Shown one piece after another: positions 29,121 to 39,006 of a DNA stretch of 64,000 bases. How positions within the stretch are numbered: the stretch's first letter is position 1; each line of letters begins with the position of its first letter. Origin of the DNA: an uncultured delta proteobacterium. Its GTDB lineage: Bacteria; Desulfobacterota; Binatia; UBA9968. The translations under genes were made by a program, and so were the position numbers. The stretch lies in NCBI GenBank assembly GCA_963745035.1, contig CAVUVW010000013.1, positions 1,152,001 to 1,216,000 on the forward strand, given 5' to 3'. Below the pieces are notes generated by a model that saw only the letters and a program-made list of their open reading frames with translations, ran no database searches and was not told the origin of the DNA.

Positions 29121-29822
29121 ATGACACTCAAAGACAAGGTTGCCTTGATCACCGGCGGCGGCAGAGGCATCGGCAAGGCGGTCGCCGCCGCTTACGCCCG
29201 CGCGGGCGCGAAGTTGGCGTTGTGCGCCCGGACGGCGAGCGAGTTGGATCAAGCGGTTGCCGAGCTGAGCTCTTTCAAGGTCGACGTGGCAGGCTGGCCC
29301 TGCGACGTATCGCAGGAAGCCCCGGTGAAAGAATTTGTCGCCGCCGCGCACAAGAAATTCGGCCGCATCGATGTTCTGGTGAACAACGCCGGCGTCATGA
29401 CCCGGCCAGTGCCGATGATCGATCTCGACGTGAAGAAATGGGATTACACGATGGCGGTCAACCTGCGCGGCCCATTTCTCATCACCCAGGCCGTGTTGCC
29501 GATCATGATTGAGCAGAAAAGCGGCTCGATCATCAATGTGTCATCGATGATCGGCCGCGGCGCCTACGCCAACTTTCTCGCCTACGCGACTTCGAAGTGG
29601 GGCTTGGAGGGATTCACCCAGACGCTTGCCGCCGAGGCGCGGCCGTCGAACATCCGGGTCAATTCGGTCGAACCCGGCTACGTCGCCACTAAGCTCACCG
29701 GCTATAGCGGCAGCAAACCGGAGTCCGTGACCGATGTCTTCGTCTATCTCGCCTCGGACGAGTCCAAAGCCGTCACCGGCAAAATGCTCAGCTCGTCGGG
29801 CTGGAAATCGCAGGTGAAATGA
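29121..29822 (+). CDS. Short-chain dehydrogenase/reductase
   Basis: TGGGRGIG; NNAG; YATSK. Confidence 0.93.
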   Translation: MTLKDKVALITGGGRGIGKAVAAAYARAGAKLALCARTASELDQAVAELSSFKVDVAGWPCDVSQEAPVKEFVAAAHKKFGRIDVLVNNAGVMTRPVPMIDLDVKKWDYTMAVNLRGPFLITQAVLPIMIEQKSGSIINVSSMIGRGAYANFLAYATSKWGLEGFTQTLAAEARPSNIRVNSVEPGYVATKLTGYSGSKPESVTDVFVYLASDESKAVTGKMLSSSGWKSQVK

Positions 29823-29843
29823 TCGGATAGGCGAATATCGCCC

Positions 29844-30221
29844 CTACGGCTTGGTGCGAACAAAGCGCAGGGGCTTATCGATGCCTTTGGAATAATCGCG
29901 CGGCTGTGGCGTCCAGCTTGAAGACAACTTATGGGATCGGCCGCGAAAGTTGCGCCGGGAGTAGAGCACCAAATGCCAGTCCGGCGGCACCCGGATGGAG
30001 CGAATTCGATGCGGCCTGCCCGCCTAGTTGGAATGACCTGAAAAGTCGCGCTCTATTGCGCGCGTCGGACCTTGCAGATTGGGCTGCGCGTAGATCATCG
30101 GAACCCCTCCCAACTTTGTGGGAGGCGGCATTTGGCCGCCCTCGAGACGAGCGCCGTTCCAGGTTTCCGTTCCAACCAGCAGGCAAATCAGCGCGAGCAG
30201 AACCGCAATGATCGGTTTCAT
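29844..30221 (-). pseudogene. Secreted beta/gamma-crystallin-like protein with in-frame TAG at 30024-30026
   Basis: Signal peptide, IYAQPNLQG..DFSGHSN*AGRPHRIRSIRVPPDWHLVLYSRRNFRGRS; frame continues 59 codons past TAG. Confidence 0.65.
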
Positions 30222-30322
30222 GGAGTTCTTCTCACGGATTGCCAAAGCCGGTACTCGGGCTTTCAGTCTACGAGCAGTCCATTGTCGCCGCATGTTCAGA
30301 AGTCCGGGCCGCCAGTAAATGG

Positions 30323-31021
30323 TTATTTTCTCTCTGCAAATGCCGCGTCCGCGGCACCGCGAAAATCAACCGGCTCCGGCTGCTTCTTCTTACGCGCGCT
30401 GTCGCGAGTTTTTTGATGATTCATATCGGCGGGAATGAAGCGGACTTTTTTGCCGAGCCGCTTGGCCTCAATCAGCTCATCGCGGGCCACTTCTCCACCG
30501 CCGACACCGACGACGATGTCGCTATTCTCCACCATCGCTTTGGAAGTCGGCGAGAGCTGCTTGGTCCCGGTAAGAAAACCGCCCCAAGTCGCATCTGTCA
30601 CGTAAAACACGTGATCCACATGCGGCGACAGCGCGACGTTGTATTCCTTCGCCTGGGAAGAAACGATTCCCGTGGTGACAAAACCCTTGCGCTTAGCAAT
30701 TTCGTAAATTGCCCCGATACCATCCGGCGTAGCGCCGATATTGACGATGGTTTTCGCCGGGCTGAATTCGCCAAGCACAGCCTCCGCGTGCTTGCGCAGC
30801 GAATTTTCGTCTTCGTATCCGGCACCCGAATATCCGATGAAGGTGAGCACGGTCTTTCCCGTGCCTTTAAAAAACGCGCGAATGTCTTGTTGGCCAGCGT
30901 TTTTAACCGAGGCGCCCCGCCCCGGGCTCGACGCGCCGAAAGCAACAACGCAGAGATCACAAACGAGGAGAACCAACGCGCCGGATAACCGCGCTGATCG
31001 GACGTGCTTCAATATCGTCAT
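30323..31021 (-). CDS. SLOG/LOG-like Rossmannoid protein with N-terminal signal-like segment
   Basis: LTFIGYSG; IGATPDGIGAIYEIAK; SDIVVGVGGGEVARDE. Confidence 0.6.
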   Translation of the reverse strand: MTILKHVRSARLSGALVLLVCDLCVVAFGASSPGRGASVKNAGQQDIRAFFKGTGKTVLTFIGYSGAGYEDENSLRKHAEAVLGEFSPAKTIVNIGATPDGIGAIYEIAKRKGFVTTGIVSSQAKEYNVALSPHVDHVFYVTDATWGGFLTGTKQLSPTSKAMVENSDIVVGVGGGEVARDELIEAKRLGKKVRFIPADMNHQKTRDSARKKKQPEPVDFRGAADAAFAERK

Positions 31022-31080
31022 GCGATTTCCTCCCTCATCGAACAGTCAACACAAGGTCCTGGGCAGACCCGCAAGCCACC

Positions 31081-31518
31081 CTACTTCGACATCGGCGGAG
31101 ACCCGGCCGGCACCAAGGTCGTCTCAACCGGCTGCCCTGGGTTGTTGCTTTTGATCCTAAACTCGGTCGCGCTCAAGTGAAGGATATCGGTCTTGTACGG
31201 GATTCCTTCCTCTATCAGCGTCAACGTTCCGTCATCATGCTTCCATGTCCCGAGCGCGCGGGTTTGCGGTTGGGCGAAGCGATGAGCAGCGTTCCCTCCG
31301 ACAGAAACACGTACAGCGTACCCGGCGCGACGCCGGTGGAGCCGCTCACCTGCCACGCTTTGTTGGCGAAACCGGCGGCAGCGTCGCCGCCTTCGGGCGC
31401 AGAGCCTCTCGTGGAGCAGCTGACCAAAAGGAACGCATGAAAGGACGACAGCGAGCTTGCGAACGGTGGCATCAAAGCACCACAACTTCGCGGTGCTAAC
31501 GCCGCGGCTCGGTCTCAT
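31081..31518 (-). CDS. Hypothetical lipoprotein, frameshifted
   Basis: LLVSC lipobox-like; GTLYVFLSEGTLLIAS joins ALGTWKHDDGTLTLIEEG in another frame near 31260. Confidence 0.55.
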   Translation of the reverse strand: MRPSRGVSTAKLWCFDATVRKLAVVLSCVPFGQLLHERLCARRRRRCRRFRQQSVAGERLHRRRAGYAVRVSVGGNAAHRFAQPQTRALGTWKHDDGTLTLIEEGIPYKTDILHLSATEFRIKSNNPGQPVETTLVPAGSPPMSK

Positions 31519-31748
31519 AGACTCACGCTAGTTGAATCCGGCGCGCTCCGTCAAGAAATTTAGTATGAGATCAAGGGGTCTGCGCCTTCTTGGCGCAAGA
31601 GAATTGGCGGGAACTGATCGCACCGCAGCGCGGGCACAAAGAATGGGAAGAACTCCGCCGACGCCGCGAGGAGATTGGAAAAACAACGCCGGGCGGCTCG
31701 CGGCGTAGGGCTTCGCGCTCGGCAAAGCCTCTACGCAGCCTGGAAATT

Positions 31749-31982
31749 TCACAATCCCAGCAGCTTGAGGATCTTGTCCTGATCGAAGCCCACCACTGAC
31801 TGACCGTCGATGATGGTGACAGGCGTGGATTGAAAACCCAGATCGAGCAGTTCTTTTAACGCGGCCTTATCGGCGCGAACATTCTTTTCGACGAACTGAA
31901 CGCCCTTTTGAGATAGAAACTCTACCTCTTTGTGGCAGGGCCCTCAGCCGGGCTGGGTGTACACGACAACGGAAGTCGCCAT
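31749..31982 (-). CDS. Glutaredoxin/NrdH-like selenoprotein (UxxC)
   Basis: MATSVVVYTQPG-TGA-GPCHKEVEFLSQKGVQFVEKNV..GFQSTPVTIIDGQSVVGFDQDKI; RBS-like ggag upstream; hairpin after UGA. Confidence 0.88.
31902..31946 (-). promoter_or_regulatory. Putative bacterial SECIS element
   Basis: UGA gggccctgccacaaa GAGGTAGA gtt TCTATCTC aaaagggc; 8-bp upper stem, G-containing loop, gccct/agggc lower stem. Confidence 0.65.
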
Positions 31983-32118
31983 GAAAATCTCCTTTTGAAT
32001 TTTCTACGAGTTTTATAACACTTGATCCCCACCGCCGCAAAACTGCCGTCGTCGAGCTAAGCGGTGCGATGACTGCATAGGCGACCGCGCCGAAGAGTGG
32101 CGCGCCCCGCCTAACCAA

Positions 32119-32378
32119 ACTTCGTGTTCTTTGCGCCTCCTTGGAAAGTACGGGTGCCGAACTGGAGCAGCCGGCAGGTAGAGGTTGGGTTCCGTCATAC
32201 CCGCGATTCGAAAGCATGCTTTCGCGAAAGCGGGGGCGGGTATCCAGGCTAATTCGGCCGGGAACGAACCTGGACTCCCTAAATTCACGGGAATGACGCG
32301 TCGCGGGAGAATCGTGCTGTGCGAACCCTTATCTTCATTACCTGCGGGCGAGCGTAAGCTCATGGATCACTTCGTGAT
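32119..32378. repeat. Composite MITE-like element enclosing a REP-like palindrome pair
   Basis: ACTTCGTG at both ends; right end gggcgagcgtaagctcatggatcacttcgtg resembles 11113-11146; internal cgtcatacccgcg...cgggaatgacg (32193-32298). Confidence 0.65.
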
Positions 32379-32465
32379 AGGTCTTCCCGTTTCGGATTTC
32401 TTTCGACTTTGCCGCTCCGCCAGCTTCAAGCCGTTGCGACAACCTGTTAGAGTGAAAGCCATCCA

Positions 32466-34331
32466 ATGAGCGGTAAATCACGGCTCAAAAATCTTCTCGC
32501 GACCCTGCTGATCGGGCTCACCCTCGGCGCCAGCGCGACCGCGGCCTTGACCGCCTGGACCGGCGGCGTTTCGGCGCAGTCCCAGGAGGCGACCGGCGAG
32601 CTTGAGCGGCACGCCCAATATCTCGCCTCCGAAACTCTCACCGGCAGAGGCGTTGACACACCGGGCATCAAGCTCGCGCGTGACTACATCGCCGCGGAAT
32701 TCGCCAAGTACGGACTGCGGCCCGGCGGAGACAGTGGCGGCTATCTCCAAAGTTTCGACGTCGCGGTCGGCGTCAAAGTAAAGCAGCCGAGCAGCCTGTG
32801 GCTGGTCCAAGAAGAGCCGCTGCCTTTGGATGAACAATGGACGCCGCTCGGGCTCTCGACCTCGGGCAAAGTCCAAGCCGAGATGGTGTTCGTCGGCTAC
32901 GGCGTCACCGCCAAAGAGCACGGCTACGACGACTATGCGGGCGTCGACGTGAACGGCAAGATTGCGCTGGTACTGCGCTACGAGCCGCCGCCCACGGCCG
33001 CCGGCAGCCCATTCAAGAAATACCCCGAGTACTCGATCCATTCCGCGCTCCGCACCAAAGCCAACAACGCGCGCGTTCACGGCGCTGCAGGGATGATTCT
33101 GGTCGATCTGCACAATTCCGGCGGCGCGCAGGAATTGCTCTCGACCCGCACGAGCTTGTGGCGCGGCGGCAGGAGTCTGGTCGCGGCGCAAGTCAAGCGC
33201 GCCGTGATCGAAAAACGGCTGGCCGGCGTCGGCGTCTCGCTCACCGGCCTCAAGGAAAAAATCGACCGAGGCGCAAAGCCGGCGTCGATGGCGCTCGGCG
33301 CGAGCGCGGCGCTGGAGGTCACTTTGGAGGAAGTCCGCGAGCGCGCCGACAATGTCGTCGCCGTGCTGCCCGGCGGCGAGCCGCGGCTCGCCGAAGAAAA
33401 CATCGTCATCGGCGCGCACTACGATCATCTAGGCCACGGCCACTTCGGCGCGCTCGACACAAAAGCCGCGGGTACCATCCATCCCGGCGCCGACGACAAC
33501 GCTTCGGGAACCGCCGTCCTGCTCGATCTGGCGCGCCGCTTGGCCCAAGCGCCGATCCGGCCGGCGCGCACGATCGTCTTCGTCGCATTTTCCGGGGAGG
33601 AGTTGGGACTTTACGGCTCGCGCCACTTCGTCGAACGCGCCCGATGGATTTCCTCGACCAAAGCCATGTTGAACCTCGATATGGTCGGCCGCTTGCGCGA
33701 CCGGGTAACCGTCTTTGGCGCGCGCTCGGGCCAGGATTTCAGCCGGCTTGTAAGCGCTGCGGCGGCGCGGCTCGGCCTGGACCTGAATGAGTCCGACGAC
33801 GTTGGCCGCAGCGATCATCTATCGTTCTACAACAAGCAGATTCCCGTGCTGCATTTTTTTACCGGCATCCACGGCGACTATCATCGGTCCAGCGATACCG
33901 CGGACAAGCTCAATTACGCGGGTATGGCAAAAGTGAGCGACTTGGTCATGGCTACGGCTCTTGGACTCGCCAACAAGAACGAATCGCTCCAGTTCGTCAG
34001 CCTGCCGTCCCGTACGCCAAGAGATCGGCCCGGCGACACTACAGGTCTCAATGTCTATCTCGGAAGTATCCCCGAGTACGGCGCTGACATTCCCGGTGTC
34101 CAGCTTGCCGGGGTCGTAGACGGCAGTCCCGCCGCCCGCGCCGGCCTGCGCACCGGCGATGTAATCATCCGGTTGGCAAGCGTCCGGATACAGAACATCG
34201 AGGACCTGACCACCGCCCTGGGAGCGCGGAAGCCCGGGGATGAGGTGGAAATCGTCGCTCTACGCGCCGGCGCAGAGGTAAGTCTCAAAGCCACGTTGCA
34301 GTCGCGCCCGCAGCGTGGCGGCCGGAGTTAA
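32466..34331 (+). CDS. M28 family aminopeptidase with PA and PDZ domains
   Basis: GAHYDHLG; GADDNASG; GEELGL; NLDMVG; SDH; YH; C-terminal GSPAARAGL. Confidence 0.93.
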   Translation: MSGKSRLKNLLATLLIGLTLGASATAALTAWTGGVSAQSQEATGELERHAQYLASETLTGRGVDTPGIKLARDYIAAEFAKYGLRPGGDSGGYLQSFDVAVGVKVKQPSSLWLVQEEPLPLDEQWTPLGLSTSGKVQAEMVFVGYGVTAKEHGYDDYAGVDVNGKIALVLRYEPPPTAAGSPFKKYPEYSIHSALRTKANNARVHGAAGMILVDLHNSGGAQELLSTRTSLWRGGRSLVAAQVKRAVIEKRLAGVGVSLTGLKEKIDRGAKPASMALGASAALEVTLEEVRERADNVVAVLPGGEPRLAEENIVIGAHYDHLGHGHFGALDTKAAGTIHPGADDNASGTAVLLDLARRLAQAPIRPARTIVFVAFSGEELGLYGSRHFVERARWISSTKAMLNLDMVGRLRDRVTVFGARSGQDFSRLVSAAAARLGLDLNESDDVGRSDHLSFYNKQIPVLHFFTGIHGDYHRSSDTADKLNYAGMAKVSDLVMATALGLANKNESLQFVSLPSRTPRDRPGDTTGLNVYLGSIPEYGADIPGVQLAGVVDGSPAARAGLRTGDVIIRLASVRIQNIEDLTTALGARKPGDEVEIVALRAGAEVSLKATLQSRPQRGGRS

Positions 34332-34460
34332 ACTTAAAAAGCGCTTCCGAAGCCGCCTTTGAAGCCGCGCAATTGGCGCATTTGGCAAATAATGCTCGCA
34401 GGTAATCCCGTGTTATGTTAATGTCTTGCAAGCGGTGAAGGCCAAGGAGGTGCGCCGTCG

Positions 34461-35069
34461 ATGATCAAGCTCTATACGTTTCCGCCATCTACCAATTCGC
34501 GCAAGGTCAGAATCGTTCTTTTGGAAAAGGGATTGGAGTTCGAGCGGATTAACGTTGATCTTACAAAAAGGGAACAAAAGAACCCAGAATATCTGAAAAT
34601 TCACCCTTTTGGGCAGGTTCCCGCCTTGGATGACGAAGGATTTGTTTTATACGACTCGACGGTCATAAACGAATACTTGGAAGACGAATATCCCTACCCG
34701 TCCCTGATGCCCGCCGATTCCGAAGGCAGAGCCCGCGTGCGCCTGTTGGAAGACTTTCGCGACAGCCATTTCAATCCGTACTGCGTCCACATCATTTACG
34801 AAACGCGCAAGCCCGAGGGCGAGCGCGATGGGCAGCGCATCGACAATGCCAAAGCGCAAATCGCCGCCGCCTTCGACCGCCTCGAAAGCGAGCTTCAAGG
34901 CAAGGAGTACCTGGCGGGAACTTTCAGCCTCGCCGATATCGCTTTCATGGCGAACTTTGATTTTCTGGACCGCTTCGCGATCACCGTGGACGCCGGCAAA
35001 CACAAAAATACCGCCGCCTGGATCGCTCGTCTCAAAGCGCGGCCCAGCTATGCCGCCTCCGCCACATGA
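34461..35069 (+). CDS. Glutathione S-transferase
   Basis: STNSRKV; HPFGQVPAL; YDSTVINEYL; FSLADI. Confidence 0.92.
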   Translation: MIKLYTFPPSTNSRKVRIVLLEKGLEFERINVDLTKREQKNPEYLKIHPFGQVPALDDEGFVLYDSTVINEYLEDEYPYPSLMPADSEGRARVRLLEDFRDSHFNPYCVHIIYETRKPEGERDGQRIDNAKAQIAAAFDRLESELQGKEYLAGTFSLADIAFMANFDFLDRFAITVDAGKHKNTAAWIARLKARPSYAASAT

Positions 35070-35078
35070 CGGGGCCGA

Positions 35079-35789
35079 ATGCCCTGGAGTCTGATCCTCG
35101 CCTGGCTTGTCCACCTCTATACCGCCCTCGGCGTCATCATCGGCTTCATATCGGTTCTCAGCATCGAACAAGGTGATTTCCGCAGCGCCTTCTTTTTGAT
35201 GGCGTTGGCCGTCGCCTTGGACGCCACCGACGGCTTTTTCGCCCGCGCGGCGCGAGTGAAGGAAGTGATCCCCTGGTTCGACGGCGAAACCCTGGATAAT
35301 ATCGTCGACTACTTCAATTACGTCATCGTCCCCTCTCTTCTGCTTTTCCGCGCCAACCTGCTCCCGCTCGATGATGCGCTGTGGCTCGCCATGCTGCCGC
35401 TTCTCGCCAGCGCCTATGGCTTTGCGCAAAAGAACGCCAAGACGGCCGACCATTTCTTTCTCGGCTTTCCGTCATACTGGAACATCGTCGTATTCTACCT
35501 CTACATTCTCAAGGTCCCGCTCTGGCTCAACGCCTTTGTCGTCATCGTCTTGTCGGCGTTGGTGTTCGTGCCGCTGCAATACGTTTACCCGAGCCGCAGC
35601 CCGCGCTTTCGCGCGCAAACCAATGTGCTGGGCGCGCTCTGGGCGGTTACGGTTCTTTATATTATGTATAGACTGCCGGATGCGCCGCGAGGTCTTGTAT
35701 TTGCCTCGCTTTTTTTTCCGGCCTACTATACGGCGCTGTCGTTCTGGCTGGAATATCGGCGCTTGTTTCAATCATCCTCGAGAGGCTAA
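35079..35789 (+). CDS. pcs: Phosphatidylcholine synthase-like CDP-alcohol phosphatidyltransferase
   Basis: AWLVHLYTA; DATDGFFAR; FDG.TLDNIVDY; FLGFPSYWN. Confidence 0.8.
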   Translation: MPWSLILAWLVHLYTALGVIIGFISVLSIEQGDFRSAFFLMALAVALDATDGFFARAARVKEVIPWFDGETLDNIVDYFNYVIVPSLLLFRANLLPLDDALWLAMLPLLASAYGFAQKNAKTADHFFLGFPSYWNIVVFYLYILKVPLWLNAFVVIVLSALVFVPLQYVYPSRSPRFRAQTNVLGALWAVTVLYIMYRLPDAPRGLVFASLFFPAYYTALSFWLEYRRLFQSSSRG

Positions 35790-35792
35790 TCA

Positions 35793-37241
35793 ATGCGAAT
35801 TTTCATTCCTACCAACTTGAAAGTCCTGATCGTTGTTTTGGTTGTGGCCTTGGGCTCATCATCGACTCTCGGCCAGCCTGGGCCAAGCGCCGGATCGCCC
35901 AAGTACGTTTTTCTCTTTCTCTCCGACGGCGCTGGCATGACGCATCTGGAAGTCGCTCGCCAGTATAGCCGGCAGATCCACAATGAAGGTTTCGCCATAG
36001 TCGACAAAATCATCAAGGAGGGCGTGATCGGCGTGATGACGACTCACGCCGCCGACTCGCTTTCCACGGACTCGGCCGCCGCCGCGACCGCCATGGCCAA
36101 CGGCTGCAAGGCCAACATCGGTGGCCTGGGAATTTGCGCCGATGGCACGATCCCGAGCAGCGCAATGGATTTCGCGAAGCTGCGCGGCATGAACCTCGCT
36201 GTGATTACCACCGCGGCGATTTATGATTCCAGCCCGGCGGCATTTCTCTGCCACGTGCCGAACCGGCGCGACTATCCGGCGATATTGAATCGATATTTGG
36301 ATATGGGTCCAACCGTTCTCATGGGGGGCGGAAAAGATCAGTTCGTGCGCAAGGATGGTCCTGACAACCGCAGCCCCGACAACAACGACATGTTCGCCGC
36401 CTTCCAAAAACAGGGCTACGTTAACGTCAGCAATAAACAGGAACTTGAAAAAGCTGCGCGTAGCAAGGTGCTCGGTCTATTTAGTCAGCGGGATATGCCC
36501 TTCGACCTCGACCGCGACAAGGCGACGGAGCCTTCAATTGCAGACATGACGCGCGCCGCTATCCGGCTGTTGCAGGATCAGAGTCCCAAAGGTTTTTTTG
36601 CCTTTATCGAGTCCGAGAATACCGATAGTGCCAGCCACCTTTCCGACGTTCCAGCGATGATCCACGATTATCGTGAATTCGACCGCGCCGTCGGCATTGC
36701 TTATGAATTCTACCGGAAATATCCGCGTGAAACGCTGATTTTAGTCGCTTCGGACCACGAAACCGGCGGTCTGGGATTTACCCAAGCACTCAAAGACCTG
36801 ACGAGCACCAAGTTTGAGAATCAAGCGGCCGCAACCACGGCCGATTTCAAAAAAATCCAGGGGATCAAAATTTCTTTGCGCAAAGCGACTGAGATACTCG
36901 GCCGCAATCCCACACCGGAGACGGTCGACAAATTGATGCAAGATCACTTCCCCGGCTTTGTCCTCGCGCCGGAGTACAAGGAAGCAATCTTAAAACGCCA
37001 GCCGATTTCGCGCACCCTGTTCAGCGATCCCGTTGCCCAGGCGCTCGGCGCCATGGTGGCGAACAACGTTCAGGCCTACTGGCAAACATCGACCCACACG
37101 AACGCACCCGTCCTCGTGGCCGCCCTCGGCGTCGGCGCCGAACGATTCAAAGGCTATTACGATAACGCCGACTTCGGCGTGAAGCTCAAAGGCCTCTTCG
37201 AAGCGAAGAACAACACAGGTAAGATTTCGCTAAACAAATGA
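35793..37241 (+). CDS. Alkaline phosphatase (PhoA family)
   Basis: Signal peptide; SDGAG; TDSAAAATA; DSASH; SDHETGG; HT. Confidence 0.9.
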   Translation: MRIFIPTNLKVLIVVLVVALGSSSTLGQPGPSAGSPKYVFLFLSDGAGMTHLEVARQYSRQIHNEGFAIVDKIIKEGVIGVMTTHAADSLSTDSAAAATAMANGCKANIGGLGICADGTIPSSAMDFAKLRGMNLAVITTAAIYDSSPAAFLCHVPNRRDYPAILNRYLDMGPTVLMGGGKDQFVRKDGPDNRSPDNNDMFAAFQKQGYVNVSNKQELEKAARSKVLGLFSQRDMPFDLDRDKATEPSIADMTRAAIRLLQDQSPKGFFAFIESENTDSASHLSDVPAMIHDYREFDRAVGIAYEFYRKYPRETLILVASDHETGGLGFTQALKDLTSTKFENQAAATTADFKKIQGIKISLRKATEILGRNPTPETVDKLMQDHFPGFVLAPEYKEAILKRQPISRTLFSDPVAQALGAMVANNVQAYWQTSTHTNAPVLVAALGVGAERFKGYYDNADFGVKLKGLFEAKNNTGKISLNK

Positions 37242-37270
37242 GACGACTTCGCCGGACAGAGACAATCCGT

Positions 37271-37523
37271 TTGTCATTTCGACCTTTGGGAGAAATCTTT
37301 CCTATCCCGCTCGCCTCTCGGACGTACTTGAATCGAATGTTGCCAAGGCACCCTACTAAATCTTCTGTCCTTCGCGCATCGTTCGAAAATAATAGGTAGA
37401 GAAAGATTTCTCACTTCGTTCGAAATGACAGCTGCGTGCGCCTAATTGTCATTTCGAGCGGATGCAGAATCTTCCCTGCCTTTTCACTATCTGTGGGGAG
37501 CGAAGATCTGACTACTTCGTGAT
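37271..37523. repeat. Cluster of GTCATTTCGA..GAGAAATCT REP-like units with MITE-like ends
   Basis: tgtcatttcgacctttgggagaaatct; agatttctcacttcgttcgaaatgaca; tgtcatttcgagcggatgcagaatct. Confidence 0.8.
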
Positions 37524-37571
37524 GAGATTTTCGGCTCCGTTGATGCGGCGCTACCGTGTTCGCCGTGAATT

Positions 37572-38699
37572 CTATCCCGTTACCGACACGCCGAGCAGCC
37601 AGCCGACGCCGTAAGTAATCAGCGAAGCGAGAAGACCGATGCCGAGCATGCGGAGGCCGCTTACGAGCGGGCCGCGCGCGGTAAAGATTGAAATCAACGC
37701 GCCGACACCGAATAAGGCAAGGCAGCTAAGCACACCGCTCGCAGCCCATGCAGTCGTTCCAGAAGTAACCAGATACGGCAGCACGGGAATGAAGGCACCG
37801 ATCACGAACGCAACAAAAGAGCTGCCGGCCGCCGTCCCGGGCGAGCCGAGCTGCGACGGATCGAGACCCAATTCTTCGCGCGCCAGGGTATCGATGGCGG
37901 TCTTCGGATTGGCGATGATGCGCCGCGCCAGCGATCGCGCCTGGCCCTCGGGTATCCCCTTCGCCTGATAGATGAGCGCCAACTCTTCCTCCTCCTCCTT
38001 CGGCGACATCTCGAGCTCTTGTTTTTCCATAGCGATCTGTTGCTCGAAAAGCTCTCTCTGCGCGCTCACCGAAACGTATTCGCCCGCCGCCATGGAAAAC
38101 GATCCGGCCAGCAATCCGGCAATTCCGGCGAGGAGAATATACTCCGGCCGGGCCTCCGCGCCGACAAAACCCATCACCAGGCTGAAATTGGAAACCAACC
38201 CGTCGTTGATGCCGAAAACCGCAGCGCGGAGGGCACTGCCGCGCGAGGTCAAATGCCAGCGCTCGGTGCCGGCGATCGCTTCGACCCCGCTGCCGCCGCC
38301 CGACATGGCCCAGAGCGTCCGGCTGTGCGCCCGTTCCTCGGCCGGCAAGCCTTCCGCTTCCGGCTGCTGCCGATAGCCGGCCTCGTCCCGCGCTTCGAGG
38401 CTGCTGATAATCGGGATGACTCTCTTCGTGCCAAAGCGCCGCGCCAGCCAGCCGAGCAAGCTCACTCGCGCCGAAGGACGATGAGCCGGCACGTTGCCGC
38501 CGGCCGACTCGATCAACCGCGCCCAACGCTGCGCATGCCGCTCTTCGTTTTGCGCCAGCTTTTCGAAAATCTCGGCGCGCTTGTCATCCTTCTCCGCGGC
38601 CGCCATCGCGCGGTAAAGCGCGATCCCGTCCTTCTCGACGATGTAGTTCGCCCGGTAACGCTCGATGTCTTGTGCCGTGATCGTTTGGGCGTTTGCCAT
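37572..38699 (-). CDS. VIT1/CCC1 transporter with N-terminal ferritin/rubrerythrin-like domain
   Basis: EERHAQRW; LRAAVFGINDGLVSN; SMAAGEYVSV. Confidence 0.92.
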   Translation of the reverse strand: MANAQTITAQDIERYRANYIVEKDGIALYRAMAAAEKDDKRAEIFEKLAQNEERHAQRWARLIESAGGNVPAHRPSARVSLLGWLARRFGTKRVIPIISSLEARDEAGYRQQPEAEGLPAEERAHSRTLWAMSGGGSGVEAIAGTERWHLTSRGSALRAAVFGINDGLVSNFSLVMGFVGAEARPEYILLAGIAGLLAGSFSMAAGEYVSVSAQRELFEQQIAMEKQELEMSPKEEEEELALIYQAKGIPEGQARSLARRIIANPKTAIDTLAREELGLDPSQLGSPGTAAGSSFVAFVIGAFIPVLPYLVTSGTTAWAASGVLSCLALFGVGALISIFTARGPLVSGLRMLGIGLLASLITYGVGWLLGVSVTG

Positions 38700-38942
38700 C
38701 GGAGATCCGCAATTGTTAGCCCCGGTGTAAACTCGAATGGGGCAAGGCGCGTCTTCCCTACTCGGCACAGGTCTTTGCCTTCTCGCCGGACGGGGTTGCG
38801 CCTCGGCGGCGCCTCACCCGCATCATCCGGTTGACGCGCCGTCACACGCTCTCCTTTATCGTATCGACCGAGAGACGCGCCGCCGCTGAGCGATTATTAC
38901 GGCGAAAGCGAAAAAAAAGAAACCGGGTAAAGCGACGGCGCG

Positions 38943-38972
38943 TTGACAGAATCGCTTCGTCCTGCCTAGTCT
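38943..38972 (+). promoter_or_regulatory. Putative sigma70 promoter
   Basis: TTGACA-18-TAGTCT, then AGGAGG RBS before 39007. Confidence 0.5.
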
Positions 38973-39006
38973 TTCTCGGGAATAAGATCAAAAGGAGGCG
39001 CAAGCG

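Noticed and set aside
31590-31799. Small plus-strand ORF (MAQENWREL...)
   Set aside because: TTG start, no RBS or recognisable motif, and it runs through a REP-like hairpin into the selenoprotein gene.
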